Below, piece by piece: positions 1 to 10,800 of a stretch of 64,000 nucleotides of DNA (positions are counted from its first letter, which is position 1; every line of letters starts with the position of its first letter). Source of the DNA: Candidatus Binatia bacterium (lineage in GTDB: Bacteria; Desulfobacterota; Binatia; HRBIN30). Made by a program: the position numbers and the translations under genes. The stretch covers positions 32,001 to 96,000 of the forward strand of contig JBBRSP010000016.1 in the NCBI GenBank assembly GCA_038245295.1, written 5' to 3'. The notes below the pieces were generated by a model. It had not been told where the DNA came from. It saw only the letters and a program-made list of their open reading frames with translations, and made no database searches.

Positions 1-1975
1 ATTGGCGCGTCTGGAACGGCGGCACGTCCTGGGTGAAGAGATAGTCCAGAAAGAAGACAAACTGCGCCGGCGAGCGGCGGTCCGGCGCCAAGGTATGATT
101 CGCCCATGCCTCGAGCCGCGTATCTTGCGAGGTCAAATTGAAGGCGTGGAAATCCCACACGGCGATGCCTTTGAGCGGCATCGTGGCGTAAACACCGGTT
201 GGGAACGCGGTGCTGGTCACCGGACCGAGACCAAGCCCGAGCAGGTGCAGATCAAAATGCGGTGGTCCGCAAAGACTGGCCCCACCGGGCCCGACGCGGC
301 TGGCGCAGAGCCCGGCGCCACACGCGCCGGCGGCACTCGGATCACACGAAGCTCCATCATTGGCCCCGCCGGCACACTGCCAGTCGCCCCACAGCGGCGC
401 CATGAAGTCGGCGTCGCCGGCATAGATCATCTCCCAAAGATGATGCCCTTGCGGATCTTCGACAACCGTCTGGCTGTGATACGGCAGGCACTTCCCGGCA
501 TTGTTGCCATGATCATTGGTGCCGGGAAAACTTCCCGGACAGTCGACGAGCAGATCCGCCGGCACGGCTCCGGGAGCGCTCAGATCGTAGTATGCCGCCA
601 GGCACCGCTCGCCTTCCGAGTGCGCCGGTAGAACCCAGGACGGCATTGCCAGCTGCACGCCAACATTGGACGCCGGCACCGGTGGCTGCGGCAACTTCGG
701 CGGGCTCGCCGCCGGCAAGCAGGCGTTCAGGAGGGCCGCCGTACCTTCGACGACGCCCCTGGCGGAAGCGCCGTTGTGGATCCACAGGCGTACCGCCTCG
801 AGCTCGTCGGTCGACAACGGCGGCGCACTCAGGGGCATCGGGGAAAGCGGCAGCCTGTCCGGCGAGGGCTCGCCCAACGTCTTTGCCGCCAGCTTCAGAT
901 ACAGCATGCTGGTGCTCTCGGAGCCCGGAACGATACGCCTGACGTTTGGGTCGGCCTGCGAGCTGTGTCCGACTAGATTGGCCAGCGACTCCGGCGAGCG
1001 TAGATCCAAGCCACCCTGCTGGGCGCTGCCGTGGCAAAGCTGATCGGTGCACTGATGCTTCTCGAAGATCGCCTTCTGCAGTAACGCGAACGTGCTGGCG
1101 AAGGTCTCGCAGGTCGTGCTCGTGCAGTCGTTGCGGCACGAGTCGTCATTGGTGGAATTGCCATCGTCGCATTGCTCGCCGTGTTCTTGCATGCCGTTGC
1201 CGCACACGGGAAGCGGACAGGTGATCTGCGATTGGACATAGACGCCGCCGGCGAAGCAGTCGCTGCGTGACGCAATCATGCCGAGGAAGGAATCGACATC
1301 GCGACCGTACATCGCACGGAACGTGTCGGCCGGGCACGCCGCCTCGATCTGGCGGCGCAGGACGGCGGCCGCATGGGTGATGCGGGTGGTGGCGTGCGCC
1401 ACCAGCTCAATCTTGCGGGACGGCGTCATATCGCGGCTGGCCATGCGATTGAACGCATCGCGTCGGGCGCGCGTCGCGAAACGCAGCAACTGCGATGCGT
1501 GCTGGACGGTGGCGTTGAGGCAAACTCGGGTCGCGGAGCTCACCGCGGTTGCATTTGCACCAGTCAGTACCGCGCCAAAGGTCAGCGAGCTCAGTGCCGG
1601 GACGGCATCACGGCATACGCTACTGACATTCTGTTGCGCATCTTCGAGACCGCCGAATTGCAGAGTCGCCGTGCTCTCCGGTGAGCACGCTTTGGCAACG
1701 AGTGCGCGGGCCTCTTCCTGGGCGGCGTCTAACGCCGCATCACTGGTACAAGTTTGCCCGTCGAGCTGAGCGTTGAGGCACGCTGTGCGAGCCCGGACCG
1801 ACTTCGCCACACAGCGGTCCGCCGCGTGCGCGATGGCGCGCTGGCATTTTGCGACCGTGGGTGGGAAGCCACCGAAGAACGCCAGGGATGGAACGTTGAC
1901 GTGAGCCTGCGCCGTGCCCATCGCGATTGGCATCACGAACGCGATTACCGCAGCGAGTACTCGAGACTGGAACAT
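1..1975 (-). CDS. Secreted Cys-rich multidomain protein (signal peptide, helical Cys-rich domain, DUF4215 repeat, CX4CH cytochrome-c-like domain, probable copper type II monooxygenase-like domain); 3' end runs off the window
   Basis: Absent from the ORF track because it has no stop in the window. Manual translation from ATG 1975: MFQSRVLAAVIAFVMPIAMGTAQA-HVNVPSLAFFGG...CPLPVCGNGMQEHGEQCDDGN...KHQCTDQLCHG...SPMPL...DPQGHHLWEMIY...WDFHAFNLT...DVPPFQTRQ. Clear paralog of 14520-15806. Confidence 0.8.
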   Translation of the reverse strand, partial: MFQSRVLAAVIAFVMPIAMGTAQAHVNVPSLAFFGGFPPTVAKCQRAIAHAADRCVAKSVRARTACLNAQLDGQTCTSDAALDAAQEEARALVAKACSPESTATLQFGGLEDAQQNVSSVCRDAVPALSSLTFGAVLTGANATAVSSATRVCLNATVQHASQLLRFATRARRDAFNRMASRDMTPSRKIELVAHATTRITHAAAVLRRQIEAACPADTFRAMYGRDVDSFLGMIASRSDCFAGGVYVQSQITCPLPVCGNGMQEHGEQCDDGNSTNDDSCRNDCTSTTCETFASTFALLQKAIFEKHQCTDQLCHGSAQQGGLDLRSPESLANLVGHSSQADPNVRRIVPGSESTSMLYLKLAAKTLGEPSPDRLPLSPMPLSAPPLSTDELEAVRLWIHNGASARGVVEGTAALLNACLPAASPPKLPQPPVPASNVGVQLAMPSWVLPAHSEGERCLAAYYDLSAPGAVPADLLVDCPGSFPGTNDHGNNAGKCLPYHSQTVVEDPQGHHLWEMIYAGDADFMAPLWGDWQCAGGANDGASCDPSAAGACGAGLCASRVGPGGASLCGPPHFDLHLLGLGLGPVTSTAFPTGVYATMPLKGIAVWDFHAFNLTSQDTRLEAWANHTLAPDRRSPAQFVFFLDYLFTQDVPPFQTRQ

Positions 1976-2111
1976 TGGATTCTGCCGACCGTGGTAGCTT
2001 GTAATGGATGACACAGCGCTCTCGCAAGGCACAAACGACCGCGGCGCGAGGCCAGTTCTTGCGCGCTGTTGGGTGCTGAGGTAATCGCCACAGCGTCATT
2101 GGACATTCTGG

Positions 2112-3269
2112 ATGGCTGTGAATCGCCCCGACACGCCGGAACGCGTGCCCTTCCTCCGGCCCGAGATGCCTGAGATTGAAGTCATCGTCGAGGACCTGGC
2201 GGCGATCTATCGCTCGCATCAGTTCTCCAACGGTGGCGCCTTCGAGGAAAAATTGGCCGGGGCGCTAGCGACCTACCTGGGTGTTCGCTTCTGCGTTCCC
2301 GTCGCCAATGCGACATTGGGGTTGATGGTCGCCGTCAATGCCGTCCTACGCTGCGGCCGAGCCAACAAGTTCCTGGTTCCGTCGTTCACCTTCGCAGCAT
2401 CGGCCTTGGCGGCGGAATGGCGCGGGCTCGAGCCGGTCTTCTGCGACATCGATCCGCAAACCTGGCAAGCGACGGTCGACGCCGACACACTCTACGCCCG
2501 GCGCGACGAGTTCGCCCTCATCGTCTTGTGCAACACCTTCGGCGCGCCGGCCGACATCGCTTTCTGGAAATCTTTGGCGGCGCGCTGCGACATCCCCATG
2601 ATCATGGATTCCGCCGCCGGGCTCGGTGCGTCTTATGCCGACGGAACGGGGTTCGGGCAGGCTGGGCATCTGGAGGTCTTCTCCATGCACGCCACGAAAG
2701 CCTTTGGGATCGGCGAAGGCGGCGTCGTGGTAACGGATGATCCGGAGATGTACCGGCACTTGCGTGCCCTCAAGGATTTCGGCCTCGACGGCGACCGCAA
2801 CTGTGCGGCGCTCGGCATAAATGCCAAGCTATCGGAATTTCATGCAGCGATCGCCTGCCGGGTCCTGGAACATTACCCCGGCATCCTGTCGAAGCGACGC
2901 GCCATCGCGGCTCACTATCGTGAGCGACTCGAACCACACGGCTTTGTGTTCCAGCGCCACGGCGAGCTCTCCGCCTACCCGTTCGTGTCGGCGCGTGTTC
3001 CGGCTGGCGCCTCGCGCTTGCATCTGCGGCAACAGGCAGAGTGTCATGGCATCGAAATTCGGCAGTACTTCTCGCCGCCGCTGCATCACCAGCCGCGTTA
3101 CCGGGCGTGCGAGAGTCTCGGGGACTTGGCCGTCACCAATGGCGTGGCGAATGCGATCCTGTCGCTGCCGATCAGCAACTCCATGAGCGCCGCCACCGTC
3201 GATCGCATTTGCGACTGCCTTGTCGAGTCCCTGTCGCCGTCGCTGGCGCGTGCGGCGGCCGGCGAGTAA
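2112..3269 (+). CDS. DegT/DnrJ/EryC1/StrS PLP-dependent sugar aminotransferase
   Basis: ANATLGL, PSFTFAAS, DSAAGLG, FSMHATKAFGIGEGG (PLP Lys), GINAKLSE motifs. Confidence 0.93.
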   Translation: MAVNRPDTPERVPFLRPEMPEIEVIVEDLAAIYRSHQFSNGGAFEEKLAGALATYLGVRFCVPVANATLGLMVAVNAVLRCGRANKFLVPSFTFAASALAAEWRGLEPVFCDIDPQTWQATVDADTLYARRDEFALIVLCNTFGAPADIAFWKSLAARCDIPMIMDSAAGLGASYADGTGFGQAGHLEVFSMHATKAFGIGEGGVVVTDDPEMYRHLRALKDFGLDGDRNCAALGINAKLSEFHAAIACRVLEHYPGILSKRRAIAAHYRERLEPHGFVFQRHGELSAYPFVSARVPAGASRLHLRQQAECHGIEIRQYFSPPLHHQPRYRACESLGDLAVTNGVANAILSLPISNSMSAATVDRICDCLVESLSPSLARAAAGE

Positions 3270-3279
3270 GCGTGTCGCG

Positions 3280-3936
3280 TCAGCGCTGCAGCTTCTTGGC
3301 CGGGATGCCGACAACCGTAATGTCAGGTTCGTCGATATCCCGCACGACGCAGGCATGGGCGCCGGTGACAACACCGGGTGCGATCGTGACGCCGGGAATA
3401 ATGACCGTGCCGGCCCCCAGAACAACCCGTTCGCCAAGCTTCACGTCGCCCGACACCTTACACCCCGGGTAACAAGTGACGTAGTCGCCAACGATGTCGT
3501 GGTGACCGATGGTCGTATCGAGGACAAGTACGTAGTCACCGAGGGTGGCGTTCGTCGTGAGCTGGGAATGGGCAACGATGAGGCCACCATGCCCAAGGCG
3601 ACAATCCGGACGCACCAGCGTGCGTGGATGGACGATGGTCGGAGCCGGCTGCAGACCGGCCGCAAGCGCTTTCTGCACCATGGCCTGCTTGGCCGGTGGC
3701 TCGGCCACACCGATGACAAACTGTTCGAAGCCGCCATCGGCACGACCGCGGCGGGCCGGCGAAAAATCCCAATCTTTCACCACCGGGACGAGTTTGCCGG
3801 CAAGGTCCATCGCCGTTGCCGGGCTGACATCATCGACAAAGACGATATCGATGCCTGGATACGTATCCTGCACGAACCAATACATCTCACGCGCGCAGCC
3901 GCCGGCGCCGAGGATGACCAGGGACTTCAACATCAT
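3280..3936 (-). CDS. NeuD/PglD-family sugar acetyltransferase (hexapeptide repeats)
   Basis: N-terminal LVILGAGG, TIGHHDIVGD, left-handed beta-helix repeats, terminal VVGIPAK; AGGAG RBS upstream. Confidence 0.9.
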   Translation of the reverse strand: MMLKSLVILGAGGCAREMYWFVQDTYPGIDIVFVDDVSPATAMDLAGKLVPVVKDWDFSPARRGRADGGFEQFVIGVAEPPAKQAMVQKALAAGLQPAPTIVHPRTLVRPDCRLGHGGLIVAHSQLTTNATLGDYVLVLDTTIGHHDIVGDYVTCYPGCKVSGDVKLGERVVLGAGTVIIPGVTIAPGVVTGAHACVVRDIDEPDITVVGIPAKKLQR

Positions 3937-4053
3937 TCATACTCCTCTTTCGATCTCGAGCCCCTGGCGCCGATACCGAAGCGCCGCATCACGCGTTGGT
4001 GGCTCGAAGCCGGGAGGGTCATCACATACTCGCCCCGACACGTCGAGTCTTGC

Positions 4054-5037
4054 TTGATTTACGACCGAAGCGATGCGAACGAGCCAGATATCTTGAGAGT
4101 TGGTGAAGACTACGGAGAGTACCCGGTCGAGTTTTCGGCCGTGATCAGCTGCTACTTCGAAGAGGTCACAATCCGTGAGTTCCATCGGCGCCTGCGCGCG
4201 GCGTTGCAAGCGACCGGGCACTCCTTCGAAATCGTCTACGTCAATGACGGCAGCACGGATGGAACCCTAGCGGCCCTTCTGGAGATCTACGAAGCCGACA
4301 CCGCGGTCGGCATCGTCATCGACCTGATGAAAAACTCCGGCTCCGCCGCCGCGGTAGCCGCCGGATGCGTCGAAGCGCGCGGGCGCCACTTCATCTTCCT
4401 CGACAGCGATCTGCAACTCGAACCGGAAGACCTGCCGCGACTGATGCAGGAGTTCGATAAGGGTGCCGATCTGGTCAATGGGCTGCGTCGCACACGCAAC
4501 GACACGTGGATGCGCACGACGGCGTCGCGACTGCTGCAACCCGGGCTGCGATGGCTCTCGGGAGCCCAACTGGCCGATCTGTTCTGCACCTTCAAAGTCG
4601 TACACGGGCAACTGGTACGCGGCCTGGGCCCAGGTCCACGGCGCGTGCTCAACCCGGTGCATTTGGCGGCGGCGGCGCGCGATTGGGCCGACGTGTTGGT
4701 CGAGCACCACCCACGTCCGCACGGGTCGTCCAACTGGACCGTCGCCGGCCTGCTCGGTCTGATCCTCGACACCCTCTTCGGCCTGCCGCGTAATCCCTTC
4801 CGTCTGATCGGCGAGGCGGCGGTGCTCTCGAGCGTATTGCTGGCGCTTTACGTCGCGTTCGGTTCGCTTGCGGGCGAGGCAGCGAAGGCGCTGACGCCCC
4901 CGGTCCTGGCCCTCGGGTTGTCGGTCGTCATTGTCGTGTTGTGGCTGATCGGCGAGTACCTTCTGCAGCTCCATCGCTCCCTGTACGGCGCACCGCGCTA
5001 TATGGTGCGCGCCCTTTGGCGTCGAACGCTGGGATGA
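4054..5037 (+). CDS. GT2 polyprenol-phosphate glycosyltransferase (ArnC/GtrB-like); start approximate
   Basis: VNDGSTDGT, FLDSDLQLEPED (DxD), two C-terminal TM helices ending IGEYL..PRY. The ORF-track upstream extension is antisense to the acetyltransferase. Confidence 0.85.
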   Translation: MIYDRSDANEPDILRVGEDYGEYPVEFSAVISCYFEEVTIREFHRRLRAALQATGHSFEIVYVNDGSTDGTLAALLEIYEADTAVGIVIDLMKNSGSAAAVAAGCVEARGRHFIFLDSDLQLEPEDLPRLMQEFDKGADLVNGLRRTRNDTWMRTTASRLLQPGLRWLSGAQLADLFCTFKVVHGQLVRGLGPGPRRVLNPVHLAAAARDWADVLVEHHPRPHGSSNWTVAGLLGLILDTLFGLPRNPFRLIGEAAVLSSVLLALYVAFGSLAGEAAKALTPPVLALGLSVVIVVLWLIGEYLLQLHRSLYGAPRYMVRALWRRTLG

Positions 5038-5111
5038 CGGGCCGATTCCCGCTCTCACCATTGTAAACCCCTCATCTTCTCGGGTACGTTTGCCGATGGA
5101 GGGATGTCCGA

Positions 5112-5747
5112 ATGTTCTACGATACAAAATTCTTCCCCTTCGTCGAAACGATGGAGAAGAATTGGCAGCCGATCCGCAAAGAGCTCGATCAGTTGACGCA
5201 AGAAGATTTCCACACATACCGCAATTTTACCCCGTGGAAGGTGTTCATCTTCCGCAAGGGTTTTGATCCGAAGAACCTCGAGTACAATCGTGAGAATTGT
5301 GAACGCTGCCCGGAAACCATGCGCATTCTCGACTCGATCCCCGGCGTCACCTCGGCGGCCTTCTCGCGCCTGCTGCCCGGAACCCATCTATGGCCGCATC
5401 GTTGCAACAATACGCCGGTACGCTGCCATCTCGGACTGAAAGTCGTCGACGGCTGCGGCATCCGCGTCGGTGGCATGGTGCGCGGCTGGCAAGAAGGCAA
5501 GTGCATGATCTTCAATGCCCGGCATCTACACGAGGCCTGGAACAAGAACACGTTGCCACGCACCGTCCTGCTGTTCGACGTAAACCCCAGCACCCTCAGC
5601 ACACCGCCGGAGCAACACGCCATTCCCAAGACGTTCAGCGAATCTTTGTCAGGCCTATGGCTGTACGCCCGTTACGCGCGACGCAAAAACTGGGAGCGAG
5701 TGCGCGAAGTCGTTGGTATGCCGGTAATCCCGGACCACACGCACTGA
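5112..5747 (+). CDS. Aspartyl/asparaginyl beta-hydroxylase family (AspH/LpxO-like) Fe/2OG oxygenase
   Basis: CPETMRIL, FSRLLPGTHLWPH, RCHLGL, WQEGKC..F...HEAWN..R.VLLFDV. Confidence 0.88.
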   Translation: MFYDTKFFPFVETMEKNWQPIRKELDQLTQEDFHTYRNFTPWKVFIFRKGFDPKNLEYNRENCERCPETMRILDSIPGVTSAAFSRLLPGTHLWPHRCNNTPVRCHLGLKVVDGCGIRVGGMVRGWQEGKCMIFNARHLHEAWNKNTLPRTVLLFDVNPSTLSTPPEQHAIPKTFSESLSGLWLYARYARRKNWERVREVVGMPVIPDHTH

Positions 5748-5841
5748 GGCGCACAGAGGAGATACCCGTGGCTCAGCGCTGCCGGCATAGATCCCGGAAC
5801 GCCCTTGTCGCCGGCACGCGCTTGAGCCTGATGAATTCGCT

Positions 5842-7029
5842 ATGCATGAAATCCCCCTAGAGGTCTTCGACGAAACCCTGCGCGACGGAGAGCAGCAATC
5901 CGGCTTGTGCTGTTCGTACGAAGCGAAGCTCGAGCTGGCCAAGCTGATCGCCGCCACCGGCGTTCACCAGCTCGACCTGATGCCCGCGATCGATGAAGCA
6001 GAGGCCCAATTGGCGTGCACTCTGGTCCGCCATGGCCTCGGCGACATTCTCACGGCGGCGACGCCGATCGGCAAGTCCTACGTCGACCTGGCGAAGGCGT
6101 GCGGGCTGAAGCGGATTGTTCTCTTCTACGCGACGTCGGATCGACTTCTCGTGCTGCGCGATCCGGAACTGCGCCTCGACGACGCCCTGCAGGGTAAAAC
6201 CATCGACGACGACATCCCGGCCGCTGCCGTGCAGCGAGCCCGTGACGGAATGTTGCAGCGGGTCCTCGAAACCCTGCACTACGCCATCAGCAAAGGCATG
6301 GACCTCAAGGTCGACTTTGCCGCCGAGGACGCCAACCGCGCCGACCCCGACTTCCTGCTGCAATGCATCCGCGAGCTCGCACCGTTCCTCGGTCACTTCC
6401 TTTTGTGTGACACGGTTGGAGCTCTGCAGCCGGAGAGAGCGAGCCGTTGGCTGACCGACCTACGCAAGAGCGCCCCGCATGCCCGCCTGGGAGTCCACTT
6501 CCACAACGATATGGGGCTCGCCCTCGAGAACACGCTGCAAGCGGTGATGGCGGGTGCGACGATGGTGTCGGGAACCTTCGGAGGTATCGGCGAACGTGCC
6601 GGCAACGTCGCGCTCGATCAGGTGCTGAACGGATTGCGACTGCGTTACGACCGCCGCGTCGCGGGTATCGACTATGAGGCGATCGACGCCGTGACGGCGC
6701 GCCTCGACGCCCTCGGACTCCGTCCGGCAGCACCGTACTCCCGGCAGGCACAGCGGCACACATCGGGAATCCACGTACAATCCCTGTTGCAAGATCGACG
6801 CAGCTACACGATCTTCCCGGAGCAGGAGCCCGAGATCTGGTTTGGCAAGATGAGCGGTGCCGCCAACTTTCAGTACCTGTTCGAAAAGCGCCTCGGACGA
6901 CCGCTGGCCAAGGACGAGTACGTCCGTCTCAGCGCCGTCTTGAAGCGCCGCGCCCGCACCGAGCAACGCTGCTACTCGAGCGAGGAAGTCCTGCACTTGC
7001 TGGCGACGGGAGCCCTCGATGGCCAATGA
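5842..7029 (+). CDS. Short DRE-TIM acyl-CoA:2-oxoacid synthase (LeuA/homocitrate synthase family), resembling cyanobacterial HphA benzylmalate synthase
   Basis: [29 protein letters not shown]; 395 aa without the LeuA regulatory domain; insertion [21 protein letters not shown] recalled from HphA-type proteins. Confidence 0.8.
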   Translation: MHEIPLEVFDETLRDGEQQSGLCCSYEAKLELAKLIAATGVHQLDLMPAIDEAEAQLACTLVRHGLGDILTAATPIGKSYVDLAKACGLKRIVLFYATSDRLLVLRDPELRLDDALQGKTIDDDIPAAAVQRARDGMLQRVLETLHYAISKGMDLKVDFAAEDANRADPDFLLQCIRELAPFLGHFLLCDTVGALQPERASRWLTDLRKSAPHARLGVHFHNDMGLALENTLQAVMAGATMVSGTFGGIGERAGNVALDQVLNGLRLRYDRRVAGIDYEAIDAVTARLDALGLRPAAPYSRQAQRHTSGIHVQSLLQDRRSYTIFPEQEPEIWFGKMSGAANFQYLFEKRLGRPLAKDEYVRLSAVLKRRARTEQRCYSSEEVLHLLATGALDGQ

Positions 7030-8728
7030 AACCCTGGTGCTCGGCGACGACGTCAACACCGACGACATCATTCCGGCACGCCGCTGCACGAGCGCCGACC
7101 CTGATCATCTCAAGCAGTACGCGCTCGAGTACGTCATCGGCGAGGGGATTCTCCTATCGCGCTACGACAAAATCGAGGCCGGACGGAATTTCGGCTGTGG
7201 GTCGAGCCGCGAGCATGCTCCACTGGCTTTGAAGGCGGCCGGCGTGCGCGAGATTCGGGCTCAATCGTTCGGTGAAATTTTCTATCGCAACAGCATCAAC
7301 ATCGGCCTGCCCTTGCGGCACGCGGCGCACGCCGACCACGATCCGGTTGTCGCCGAGATCATCGGTGCAGGCGGCTTATCGGAGTTCAACCTGCGCCGCC
7401 GCGCGGCGCGCACGACGATCCCGAAGAACACGACGACGGCGCGGCCGATGACGTTGGCGGAGAAACTGCTGGCGCGCGCCTCCGGAAATTCTTTCGTGCA
7501 ACCGGGGGAAACCGTATTCGCGCGGGTCGATTTGGCCATGTCCCATGATGCAGTCGCCGGTCCGACGGCCAAGTTGTTTCACGAGCGCTTCGGCGCCGAC
7601 GCGAAGGTCTGGGATGCGTCGAAGATCGCCCTGGTCGCCGATCATTTCATCCAAGTCAACGAGATCCGTAACGATCCGCGGGTTGCCGTGTTGCATGCGC
7701 AGATGACACGGTTTGCCGCCGAACAAGGTTGCCGTCTGTTCGACACCGTGACGCCCGGCAACGCCTTGGGCATCTGTCATGTCCTGCTTCCCGAAGAGGG
7801 CCTCGTCCGACCGGGCATGGTGATCGCCGGCACCGACTCTCATTCGTGCACGTACGGCGCCTTCGGCAGCTTCGCCGTCGGCGTCGGCACGACGGACATG
7901 GCCAACCTGTTCGCCATGGGCGACCTGTGGATCCGTGTGCCGCCAACCCATCTGTTCGAGCTCAACGGCGAGTTGCCGAAACCGTGCTGCGCCAAGGATG
8001 TAATGCTCTTCCTGCTCGGTCAGATCGGCTGCGACGGCGCTCGCGGCGCCATGATGGAGTTCCGCGGTGAAGTCATCGATCGCATGTCGATGGACGAGCG
8101 CATGACCCTGTGCAATATGGCCGTTGAATGCGGCGCCATCGGCGGCCTGATCGTGGCGGACGCGCAAACCAGGGCCTACGTGGAGCAGCGAGGCGGCATG
8201 GCAGGTGACGAAATCCGTGCGGACGCGGCGGCGATGTACGAGCGACACTATGCTTTCGACTTGAGTCGCCTCGAGCCACAAGTGGCGCGACCGCCGAAAC
8301 CCGACCAGGTGACGGGGATTAGCGCCCTCGGGCATGTCGCCATCACCAAGGCGTTCATCGGCTCGTGCACCGGGGGAAAATTGGACGATCTGGCGCAGGC
8401 GGCGGCGGTGCTCAAAGGACGCAAGGTTGCGCCGAGCGTTGCCCTGTTCATCGTGCCGGCGACCCAGCACGTGCGCCGCGAGGCGGAACGCCTCGGCTAC
8501 ATGGAGATCTTCGAACAGGCAGGCGCAACAATTCTCGCTTCGGGCTGTGGCGCCTGCATGAATGCCGGCCGCGGCAATCTCGGCAAAGACGAGGTTGGGC
8601 TCTACGCAATCAACCGCAACTTCACGGGGCGCAGCGGCGATCCGTCGTCCCAGTGCTACCTGGCTTCGCCACACATCGTTGCCACGTCTGCGATACAAGC
8701 GGTCATTACCGACAAGCTCGAAGGCTGA
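7019..8728 (+). CDS. Fused LeuD-LeuC isopropylmalate-isomerase/aconitase-family enzyme (HphCD-like)
   Basis: N-terminal swivel domain ([32 protein letters not shown]) fused to large subunit ([21 protein letters not shown] Fe-S Cys, NRNF.GR.G); overlaps the upstream gene. Confidence 0.9.
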   Translation: MANETLVLGDDVNTDDIIPARRCTSADPDHLKQYALEYVIGEGILLSRYDKIEAGRNFGCGSSREHAPLALKAAGVREIRAQSFGEIFYRNSINIGLPLRHAAHADHDPVVAEIIGAGGLSEFNLRRRAARTTIPKNTTTARPMTLAEKLLARASGNSFVQPGETVFARVDLAMSHDAVAGPTAKLFHERFGADAKVWDASKIALVADHFIQVNEIRNDPRVAVLHAQMTRFAAEQGCRLFDTVTPGNALGICHVLLPEEGLVRPGMVIAGTDSHSCTYGAFGSFAVGVGTTDMANLFAMGDLWIRVPPTHLFELNGELPKPCCAKDVMLFLLGQIGCDGARGAMMEFRGEVIDRMSMDERMTLCNMAVECGAIGGLIVADAQTRAYVEQRGGMAGDEIRADAAAMYERHYAFDLSRLEPQVARPPKPDQVTGISALGHVAITKAFIGSCTGGKLDDLAQAAAVLKGRKVAPSVALFIVPATQHVRREAERLGYMEIFEQAGATILASGCGACMNAGRGNLGKDEVGLYAINRNFTGRSGDPSSQCYLASPHIVATSAIQAVITDKLEG

Positions 8729-8745
8729 GAGGAACGTACCGCGCC

Positions 8746-10770
8746 ATGCTCCGACTCGTCACACACCCGCATCGAACCAAACTGAGCCGGGTCTTGGGCC
8801 GACGCCTGTTGCTCGCCGCTGTGCTCAGTCTCCCTTGCTTACGGATGGCCGCGGCGTGCACAGGAGATTGCAACGGCGATGGCGAGGTGACGGTCGATGA
8901 GATCCTCGTCGGCGTGAACGTTGCTCTCGACCACACGGCACTCGCGACCTGCCCCAACTTCGACAGCGACGCGAACGGAGCGGTCACCGTCGATGAGCTC
9001 ATCGGCGCGGTGCGATCGGCACTGAACGGTTGTCCTGCCACCGCAACGCCCACCTCCAGCGCCACGGTGACCGCGACACCGACTCCAACCGCCACCACGA
9101 CGCCGACTGGTACGCCGACACCGACGAACACCGAAGTGCCGACCGCAACTCCTACCGCCACGCCGCTGACGCCAACGCCGCTGTTCAGCGATGTGACGGT
9201 CGCCGCCGGCCTCGACTACCTGCAATATGTCCTGCCCAACTTCCCGCCGTTGAGCGAAGCCGACTACTTCAGCGGCGGAGCGGCGGCTGGAGATTACGAC
9301 GGCGACGGCTGGGTCGACCTCTACGTCACCCGTCTCGACGCTCCCGGCATACTCTTTCACAACAAAGGCGACGGCACGTTCGAAGATCGTACCGACGAGG
9401 CTCTCGGAAAACGCGCCAACTGGAACGGTGCGGCGTGGGGCGACGTCGACAACGACGGCGACCTCGATCTGTATGTCACGACGATCCACGACACCCGTTA
9501 CTACTTGTTCATCAACGACGGCACCGGCCACTTCACCGAAGAGGGTCAAGCACGCCACGCCGCCATCGATGAGCCGCAGATCCACGATGGCTTCAGCCCC
9601 GCCTTCGGCGACTTCGATCGCGACGGTTACCTCGACATCTTTGTTGGCGAGTGGCTGTACGGCCGTGACAACACGGAGTTGCACTCGAGCGCTCGCCTAC
9701 TCCACAATCGCGGCAAAGAAGCACCTGGCGTTTTCGAGGATGTCACGATTCCTGCCGGGGTGCGCTTCGATCTAGTGACACCAACCGAGCCGCGCGTGAC
9801 GGGAACGTTTCCGTTCACGCCGCGTTTTGCCGACATGGACGATGATGGTTGGCCCGACCTCGCGGTTGCCGCCGACTTCGGAACGAGCCGGCTGTATTGG
9901 AACAACCACGACGGCACCTTCACCGATGGCACCGTCGCCGCGAATGTCGGCCATGAAGAAAACGGCATGGGTTCGGCGATTGGCGACTATGACGGCGACG
10001 GACATCTCGACTGGTTCGTCACCGCCATTCGCGACCCCGACTACTTTTGCGCCCTGCCCGGCCAGGGTTGCTTCTGGGGCACGAGCGGCAATCGGCTGTA
10101 CCACAACAACGGCAATCGAACGTTTACGGACACCACCGACGCCATGGGCGTGCGCGACGGCTATTGGGGTTGGGGAACAGCCTTTTTCGACTTCGACAAT
10201 GACGCGGACCTCGATCTCGTCATGACCGATGGCCTGCGATTTGGATTCGCCGATCCGGACGACCCGAACCTGTTCGTCATCGGTCGATTCATGAACGACC
10301 CGATGCGTTTATGGCGCAACGACAACGGCAGCATGACGGAGATGGCGGTGGCAGCCGGTCTCACCAATGTCGATTCGGGCAAGGGACTGCTCACCTTCGA
10401 TTACGACAACGACGGTGACCTCGACCTCTTCGTCGTCAACAACACCGGCCATCCGGTGCTTTACCGCAACAACGGAACTGGCAACGGCTGGCTGCGCGTT
10501 CGAACAATCGGCGTCGACTCCAACCGCAACGGAATTGGCACCCGTGTGTGGGTCAAATCGACCGTTGGCGGCCCCTCACAGTTGCGCGAGATCGACGGTG
10601 GCAGTCACTTCCTGTCGCAAAGCGAGTTCACGGCTCACTTCGGCCTCGGGGCCGGGGATGCGCCGCTGGCGGAGGTTCGCATCGAGTGGCCCAAGACCGG
10701 GCGCGTCCAGCGCTTGTTCGATGTGCCGCGCAACACCCTGCTCGTGGTCACAGAACCGCCGGCACCCTGA
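8746..10770 (+). CDS. Secreted CRTAC1/ASPIC-UnbV FG-GAP beta-propeller protein with N-terminal dockerin-like module and P/T linker
   Basis: CTGDCNGDGEVTVDE x2, TPTATPT linker, many GDYDGDGWxDL repeats, C-terminal NRNGIGTRV..GGSHFLSQS..HFGLG. Confidence 0.9.
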   Translation: MLRLVTHPHRTKLSRVLGRRLLLAAVLSLPCLRMAAACTGDCNGDGEVTVDEILVGVNVALDHTALATCPNFDSDANGAVTVDELIGAVRSALNGCPATATPTSSATVTATPTPTATTTPTGTPTPTNTEVPTATPTATPLTPTPLFSDVTVAAGLDYLQYVLPNFPPLSEADYFSGGAAAGDYDGDGWVDLYVTRLDAPGILFHNKGDGTFEDRTDEALGKRANWNGAAWGDVDNDGDLDLYVTTIHDTRYYLFINDGTGHFTEEGQARHAAIDEPQIHDGFSPAFGDFDRDGYLDIFVGEWLYGRDNTELHSSARLLHNRGKEAPGVFEDVTIPAGVRFDLVTPTEPRVTGTFPFTPRFADMDDDGWPDLAVAADFGTSRLYWNNHDGTFTDGTVAANVGHEENGMGSAIGDYDGDGHLDWFVTAIRDPDYFCALPGQGCFWGTSGNRLYHNNGNRTFTDTTDAMGVRDGYWGWGTAFFDFDNDADLDLVMTDGLRFGFADPDDPNLFVIGRFMNDPMRLWRNDNGSMTEMAVAAGLTNVDSGKGLLTFDYDNDGDLDLFVVNNTGHPVLYRNNGTGNGWLRVRTIGVDSNRNGIGTRVWVKSTVGGPSQLREIDGGSHFLSQSEFTAHFGLGAGDAPLAEVRIEWPKTGRVQRLFDVPRNTLLVVTEPPAP

Positions 10771-10800
10771 ATTGTTGTGCGAAGCCTCGAAGGCGGAACC

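Noticed and set aside
3220..4053. Long N-terminal extension of the GT2 ORF
   Set aside because: Antisense shadow of the acetyltransferase gene; GT2 homology begins at about 4130
5842..8728. Housekeeping leuA/leuCD operon
   Set aside because: No leuB, no LeuA regulatory domain, fused D-C order and accessory context; gene symbols withheld
9036..9180. Tandem DNA repeats (acgccgac-like)
   Set aside because: Simply encode the Pro/Thr linker of a secreted protein
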